Source: Filimonas sp. (GTDB lineage Bacteria; Bacteroidota; Bacteroidia; Chitinophagales; Chitinophagaceae). Taken from it: 64,000 bases of DNA. The notes below the pieces were generated by a model. That model ran no database searches. It was not told the origin of the DNA and saw nothing but the letters and a program-made list of their open reading frames with translations. The stretch's first letter is position 1, and each line of letters begins with the position of its first letter. The translations under genes and the position numbers were made by a program. Positions 59,551 to 64,000 of the stretch are shown piece by piece. The DNA is taken from NCBI GenBank assembly GCA_017306865.1, contig JAFKHH010000017.1:35453-99452 (forward strand). Direction: 5' to 3'.

Positions 59551-60687
59551 TTATTTAAATAAATTCTCCTTCCTAAATCTTTTCAACATCAACGTATAAT
59601 TCCAGTCTTTGCCGTCGTTGGTTTCGTAGAGGCAATAGATCGTACCATCGGGCGCAACAGTTACATCAGAGTACCCGGCGGCTCCGGCAGCTAATACTTT
59701 CTGCACAGGCCATGTTTTACCTTCGTCATAACTAAGTTTTGCCACAAGGTTCCTGCGCGGATTTTTAGGAATATCCCTGCTATCAGGATTGATGAAGAGT
59801 AATGCGTTCTTATTATTTTTCAGCGGCACTTTAATAATGCTTGCCATACAAACCGGGTCAAACAATGCAGTATCATACACGGGCTTCGACCAGTTGCTAA
59901 TGCCATCGGGACTGTACAGTATGCCACGCCTATGTACTGGTGAACCTGTACGTATATTCAGCATAACACTACCGTCGTTTAATTGTACCGCCATGTTCTC
60001 ATTCGGATTTTTAAACTCGGGTGTGTTGTCTGCTGCGATCACACCGTTGTTCCATGTCTTTCCATTGTCATCACTATAGATGGTTGCTATAGCGCTGGGG
60101 CCGTGGCTACGACGCGGCTGTAACTTATCCGAATCAGCTAACCAAACAGAAGCAAGCAGTCGGCCGTTTTTCAATTGTATAGCATGCCCCGGGCCTGTTG
60201 CTAACACCTTCCAATTATAGGTGGGTTTGAATCTGTCAAACGTCGCAGTAATGTCTTCTGCTACAGACCACGTAAGTCCGTCATCTGTCGATTGTGTGTG
60301 ATAGGCGCGCGCATAATCCCGCTGATAGAGCAAATGGATTGTACCATCTGCCGCAACTACCGGCGCAGGGTTACCGGCAGGCTCGCCTGCTTTCTTTGCT
60401 GCAATAATTTGATATTCGCCCCATGTCTTACCACCATCTTCACTTCTTCGTAGCAAGAGGTTCATATCGCCCCAATCGCTGGCATTGTTGATACGGCCTT
60501 CGCAGAAGGCAAGCAATGTCCCTTTCTTTGAGATAACCAATGCGGGTATGCGCATAGAGGCATATTCACCGGCTTTAGGTGCAAAGACAATAGTGCTGTC
60601 AACATTTGTTACTGTTGCAGACTGCTTTGTTGTTTTACAACCGAATAGAGAAAGAATAATTCCTATAAATATTATTTGCTTCATCAT
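59551..60687 (-). CDS. exo-alpha-sialidase (BNR/Asp-box repeats), lipoprotein
   Basis: Lipobox LFGCK. Asp-boxes SEDGGKTW, STDDGLTW, SDDNGKTW, YDEGKTW. Start trimmed to the MMKQ at 60687. Confidence 0.8.
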   Translation of the reverse strand: MMKQIIFIGIILSLFGCKTTKQSATVTNVDSTIVFAPKAGEYASMRIPALVISKKGTLLAFCEGRINNASDWGDMNLLLRRSEDGGKTWGEYQIIAAKKAGEPAGNPAPVVAADGTIHLLYQRDYARAYHTQSTDDGLTWSVAEDITATFDRFKPTYNWKVLATGPGHAIQLKNGRLLASVWLADSDKLQPRRSHGPSAIATIYSDDNGKTWNNGVIAADNTPEFKNPNENMAVQLNDGSVMLNIRTGSPVHRRGILYSPDGISNWSKPVYDTALFDPVCMASIIKVPLKNNKNALLFINPDSRDIPKNPRRNLVAKLSYDEGKTWPVQKVLAAGAAGYSDVTVAPDGTIYCLYETNDGKDWNYTLMLKRFRKENLFK

Positions 60688-60699
60688 ATTATATGTTTC

Positions 60700-60812
60700 A
60701 CGCAAAGGTGGAAAGTATCGCAAAGGCCGCAAAGAAAACTGGGAAATGGCGCTCGCGGAAAGCGCGAAAAACGCGGAATTATTTTTCTGCGTATTCTGTG
60801 TTTTCAGCGAGC
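60700..60812. repeat. repeat family 4 copy immediately upstream of the sialidase start
   Basis: tatcgcaaaggccgcaaag...gctcgcggaaagcgcgaaaaacgcggaatt atttttctgcgtattctgtgttttcagcgagc. Confidence 0.7.
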
Positions 60813-61744
60813 ATATTTTTTCCAAAAAATTCCGGTAATATTTCTCTTGCCTTATGCCTCACACCTTCTATATTCTCTTCACCAATGCTTTTATACGGCC
60901 ATCTTAATCGCGGTGAGACAGTTGCCCATCCGCCTACGGCAGCCATAAATTTATCTACAGCCTGGTTCGCATATCCCTGCTGTACTATGTAAGGTACGAT
61001 ACATGCATGCATGAATTGCTGAATGCGGCTTTGCAGTTCCAACGCTTTTTCCATGTCGCATTGCATCAGATCATACCAGCGCTGTGCGGCCAGCGGATGT
61101 AAGCAGGCAACATTGGAATAGGCACCATGTGCCCCATACTGATACCCTGTTGCTAAATGATGCCCTGGTATAAACACAGACAATTGCGAAAACAAAGGTT
61201 GCATATCTTCATACCATTGCTGATCGCCTCCTGCTACTTTGCACCCAACCAGTTTTACATGTTTCATTATTTCACAAAAATCTTCCGGCTGCAATTTTAC
61301 TTTTGCATGTGGTGGATTGTACAAGACCAATCCTATATCTCCTGCCGCATCCTGTATGCGTTGCAGGTAATCTATGATCTCCGGCATGGTTGGCGGAAAC
61401 CAATCGGGCAGAATTATTTGCATGGCACCTGGCTCCAATTGTTTTATCCTGCGCACGCGCTCCAGGGACACAATGGGACTGGTGTGGTTGCATCCAACTT
61501 GAAAAGGCATATTTGCCGCATTACACTTTTCTGCAAGTAACTGGCTTACGTGATCAAACTCCTGTTCTGTCTGGTTGTAAAACTCCCCTGCTGTTCCGTT
61601 GGAGTAAATACCATTTACCTTATACGCAATCAGTATGTCGATCTCATCGGACAATGCTTTGTAATCGATGCTATCATTTGGATTAATGGGCAACAGGAGC
61701 GTTGCCCAATTTCCATATATCTGGCTGCTTGTAAGCGATTTCAT
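60779..61744 (-). CDS. second DHDPS-family (dihydrodipicolinate synthase / NAL-like) aldolase. The predicted C-terminus runs into the repeat element, so the true stop may lie further upstream.
   Basis: YGNWATLLLPINPNDSIDYKALSDEIDILIAYKVNGIYSNGTAGEF is the DHDPS-family N-terminal signature. Confidence 0.65.
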   Translation of the reverse strand: MKSLTSSQIYGNWATLLLPINPNDSIDYKALSDEIDILIAYKVNGIYSNGTAGEFYNQTEQEFDHVSQLLAEKCNAANMPFQVGCNHTSPIVSLERVRRIKQLEPGAMQIILPDWFPPTMPEIIDYLQRIQDAAGDIGLVLYNPPHAKVKLQPEDFCEIMKHVKLVGCKVAGGDQQWYEDMQPLFSQLSVFIPGHHLATGYQYGAHGAYSNVACLHPLAAQRWYDLMQCDMEKALELQSRIQQFMHACIVPYIVQQGYANQAVDKFMAAVGGWATVSPRLRWPYKSIGEENIEGVRHKAREILPEFFGKNMLAENTEYAEK

Positions 61745-61758
61745 ATTTATAGTTTATA

Positions 61759-61790
61759 TCTCGCGGATGCCGCAGAAAACGCAGCACTTT
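61759..61790. repeat. repeat family 4, partial copy
   Basis: tctcgcggatgccgcagaaaacgcagc. Confidence 0.5.
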
Positions 61791-62981
61791 TTACTTAAAG
61801 TAGTTAAGGGAATAACTTTCGAAACGGATCAGTTCATACGGGTTTACCTGGCCTGTTTCGTAAGTAATACCAATAAGTGTATCAGAAACTATTGCTATAT
61901 CGGAATAGGCTGACTGACCTGTGTTTACCACAAATCGTTTAGCCCATGTTTTGCCGTTGTCTTTACTGGTAGAGATCGACATGTTTACACGTGTGGTACT
62001 GGCATCGTTGGAGAAGAACAGCAGGTAATTGTTGTTATAATTCGCTCCCAGCAAACTGCCTTGGGATACCGGGTCTACCAGTGCGTATTCTCCTTGCACC
62101 GTAGCCCATGTAACGCCCCCATCTGCACTCAGAGAGGATACACGAAAGCTTTTACCGGAGCAACGGCTATTGAGCAGTAGCTTTCCGTCAGACAGTTCTA
62201 CTACTGTTGATTCATTGGGTGTAAATGCACCGGGGTCGGCAACGTTGCCCATTTGCCATGTAGCACCATGATCGTCGGAGTAGATCATATAAGCAGATTG
62301 TTTTCTCTTAGTTGCATCTTTATTTGCTTCTATAAAGCAGGATGGCACTACTAATCTTCCTGCATTCGTTCCTTTAGTTAGTTGTATGCCGTGGCATGGG
62401 CCTGTCGAGATCCAGCCCCACTCAGGTTTAGTAGTAGTGGCAGATACATTTGTTGGCGTTGCCCATGTAACGCCGTCGTCAGAAGAGCGTGTTACATATA
62501 CTCTGCGTGGCACGCCTGTACCGTTGTTAATAGCGCCTATATCATCCGAACCGCGATTCCATGACATCACTAATATAATATCGCCTGTACTTTGGTCTAC
62601 AATTGGCACCGGGTTGCCACAGGTGTTCGTTCCATCATCCCATACCTTAATCGTCTTGCCCCATGTAACGCCATTATCGGTTGATCTTTTTACTACAAGG
62701 TCTATATCTCCATTATCCGCACAGCTATTTTTTCTTGCTTCTGCAAAAGCCAGCAATGTTCCGGTCTTTGTTTTCACAATAGCAGGTATTCTGAAACAGC
62801 TATAGCCTTCGGTGCTTTTTGTAAAGATGTTTACCTTCTGTGTTGCGGGCTGATCTGGTGGCGCAGCAGTTGGTGGTGGCGGAGGCGGCGGGCCTTCTAT
62901 ACTTGGTTTGCAGGAGCAGATGATCACACTTGCAGCCATTGCAAGCGACACGATGTTTATAATAAATGATTTTTGTTTCAT
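61791..62981 (-). CDS. BNR-repeat exo-alpha-sialidase-like glycosidase, lipoprotein with a Pro-rich linker
   Basis: Lipobox (IICSC), linker PPPPPPPTAAPP, Asp-boxes STDNGVTW, SSDDGVTW, SDDHGATW, SADGGVTW, SKDNGKTW. Confidence 0.75.
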   Translation of the reverse strand: MKQKSFIINIVSLAMAASVIICSCKPSIEGPPPPPPPTAAPPDQPATQKVNIFTKSTEGYSCFRIPAIVKTKTGTLLAFAEARKNSCADNGDIDLVVKRSTDNGVTWGKTIKVWDDGTNTCGNPVPIVDQSTGDIILVMSWNRGSDDIGAINNGTGVPRRVYVTRSSDDGVTWATPTNVSATTTKPEWGWISTGPCHGIQLTKGTNAGRLVVPSCFIEANKDATKRKQSAYMIYSDDHGATWQMGNVADPGAFTPNESTVVELSDGKLLLNSRCSGKSFRVSSLSADGGVTWATVQGEYALVDPVSQGSLLGANYNNNYLLFFSNDASTTRVNMSISTSKDNGKTWAKRFVVNTGQSAYSDIAIVSDTLIGITYETGQVNPYELIRFESYSLNYFK

Positions 62982-63004
62982 ACTATACTATTCATTTTCG
63001 TGGA

Positions 63005-64000
63005 TCAGAATTGCGGGTAACCTTGTGTTTGTTTAAGATTTGCATTCAGGCTGTACATAGAGCGGCTGATCGGGAAATAGAGCGGAATAGTTTTCCCTCT
63101 CAGGTTAGGTACTTCTGTATAGGCATCGATCGTACCGGCACTATGAAAGCGGACTATATCAGGCCAGCGCTTTAATTCTGCATACAATTCGCGAAAGCGT
63201 TCGTCAAATATTTCACGCTCTACAGATTGCTTATCGGCTGCACCGGTATATTTACCCGTACCTGCTCTTGCTCTTATTTTTTCCAGTTCTATAACAGCAT
63301 CTGCCGGTTGGTTAAGGGCAGCTAACGCTTCGGCACGTAGCAAGATCAGTTCGCCCAGCCGGTAAAGAATAATGTCGCAGTCAAATGCACGTCCATCGTT
63401 GTATAAAGTTCCTTTTAGTTTATTGTCAAATACACCTACGATAGAACCATCTGCCCGTACGCCTTTGATAATGGAAGCATTTTTACGTACATCAGCAGCA
63501 TTCACATTAAAGGTTGCTTCCAGCTTTGCGCTTGGCGAATACTGGCTGCGTGCTGCGGTTTCTGCATAAGGAATGCTTGCCTTATTCACCGCGTCATTTA
63601 CAAGTGGCCCGTTTGGTTTGAGGTAATAACCGTAGCTGTTGTTGTATTCATCTTTTTGAAAATAGATCGACATCACTACTTCACTATTGTTACGGTTGTC
63701 TGTTGCATAGATTCTGTTGAAGTCTGACTGTAGTGAAACAGACGGAATAGCTTTATCCAATGCGGCTATGGCATCTTGCAGATCGGTAGCGTTTCCCTTC
63801 TGCACTTTTGCTTTCCAGATCAGCGCATCTGCTTTCAATGCATACGCTGCCGGTTTGGATGCGCGGCTTTTATTTACAAAGCCTGTCTCTGGAAAAAGGT
63901 CGATTGCGGCGTTTACATCTTTTATTACCTGCGCCATTACTTCACTTGCTGTTGAGCGTGGCAGCAAAGGCTGATCGTCAGATTCTGTAGGTTGTAATAC
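63005..64000 (-). CDS. SusD/RagB family nutrient-binding outer-membrane lipoprotein (C-terminal part; the gene continues beyond the window)
   Basis: C-terminal SusD-like signature (...LILLRAEALAALNQPADAVIELEKIRARAG...) ending ...KQTQGYPQF. Its position in the sialic-acid locus also fits. Confidence 0.75.
   Translation of the reverse strand, partial: VLQPTESDDQPLLPRSTASEVMAQVIKDVNAAIDLFPETGFVNKSRASKPAAYALKADALIWKAKVQKGNATDLQDAIAALDKAIPSVSLQSDFNRIYATDNRNNSEVVMSIYFQKDEYNNSYGYYLKPNGPLVNDAVNKASIPYAETAARSQYSPSAKLEATFNVNAADVRKNASIIKGVRADGSIVGVFDNKLKGTLYNDGRAFDCDIILYRLGELILLRAEALAALNQPADAVIELEKIRARAGTGKYTGAADKQSVEREIFDERFRELYAELKRWPDIVRFHSAGTIDAYTEVPNLRGKTIPLYFPISRSMYSLNANLKQTQGYPQF

Noticed and set aside
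1-64000. CRISPR array.
   Set aside because: The repeated sequences found (families 1-5) are palindromic, irregularly spaced and intergenic, not regularly spaced direct repeats with unique spacers. No cas genes are present.

Overview
This 64 kb window looks like a Bacteroidota chromosome segment, probably Chitinophagia/Sphingobacteriia-like. That placement is an inference from a SusD/RagB gene, a CarbopepD_reg-type outer-membrane beta-barrel, a LytTR two-component pair and a sialic-acid polysaccharide utilization locus (PUL).

Gene content, in order:
- 3-prime end of sucD.
- A 2054-aa alpha-2-macroglobulin-like protein.
- A DAO-type flavoprotein.
- A LytS/LytTR two-component pair lying next to a CarbopepD_reg outer-membrane barrel.
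- A flotillin, then GNAT/MarR/macro-domain genes.
- Two tandem TPM-domain paralogs and two tandem MFS paralogs.
- DeoR, a deoxyribonucleotidase, YiaAB, aspS and a Crp/Fnr regulator.
- An AT-rich non-coding stretch followed by a compact array of 11 tRNA genes with a 160-aa ORF directly behind it, plus two degenerate tRNA-like fragments.
- SPFH and PadR modules, rarA, DUF4197.
- An AraC-linked redox cluster (MDR dehydrogenase, DoxX, two SDRs).
- An outer-membrane barrel followed by a tightly coupled six-gene operon (described below).
- mqo, an orphan Dam methylase, SRPBCC and a haem-binding domain protein.
- The start of a sialic-acid PUL: sialate O-acetylesterase, a NanM-mutarotase::SSS-transporter fusion, NanA-like lyase, sialidase, a second DHDPS-family enzyme, a second sialidase, SusD.

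The best candidate for an undescribed system is the six-gene operon at 42465-49317. It encodes SAM decarboxylase, a Zn-ribbon/DUF4178 membrane protein, a DUF350 small membrane protein, a membrane-anchored aminopropyltransferase, a Tat-signal flavin amine oxidase and a polytopic membrane protein. Together these suggest an envelope-associated polyamine synthesis/modification module.

Other points worth attention:
- The tRNA array has conserved palindromic spacers.
- At least five families of palindromic/MITE-like intergenic repeats occur in the window. One family sits immediately upstream of nearly every gene in the sialic PUL and of the two TPM paralogs.
- A TonB-plug-like motif is embedded in the alpha-2-macroglobulin.
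- A 600-nt structured non-coding region with a 26-bp perfect inverted repeat lies between the operon and mqo.

No CRISPR array, integrase or transposase was seen.
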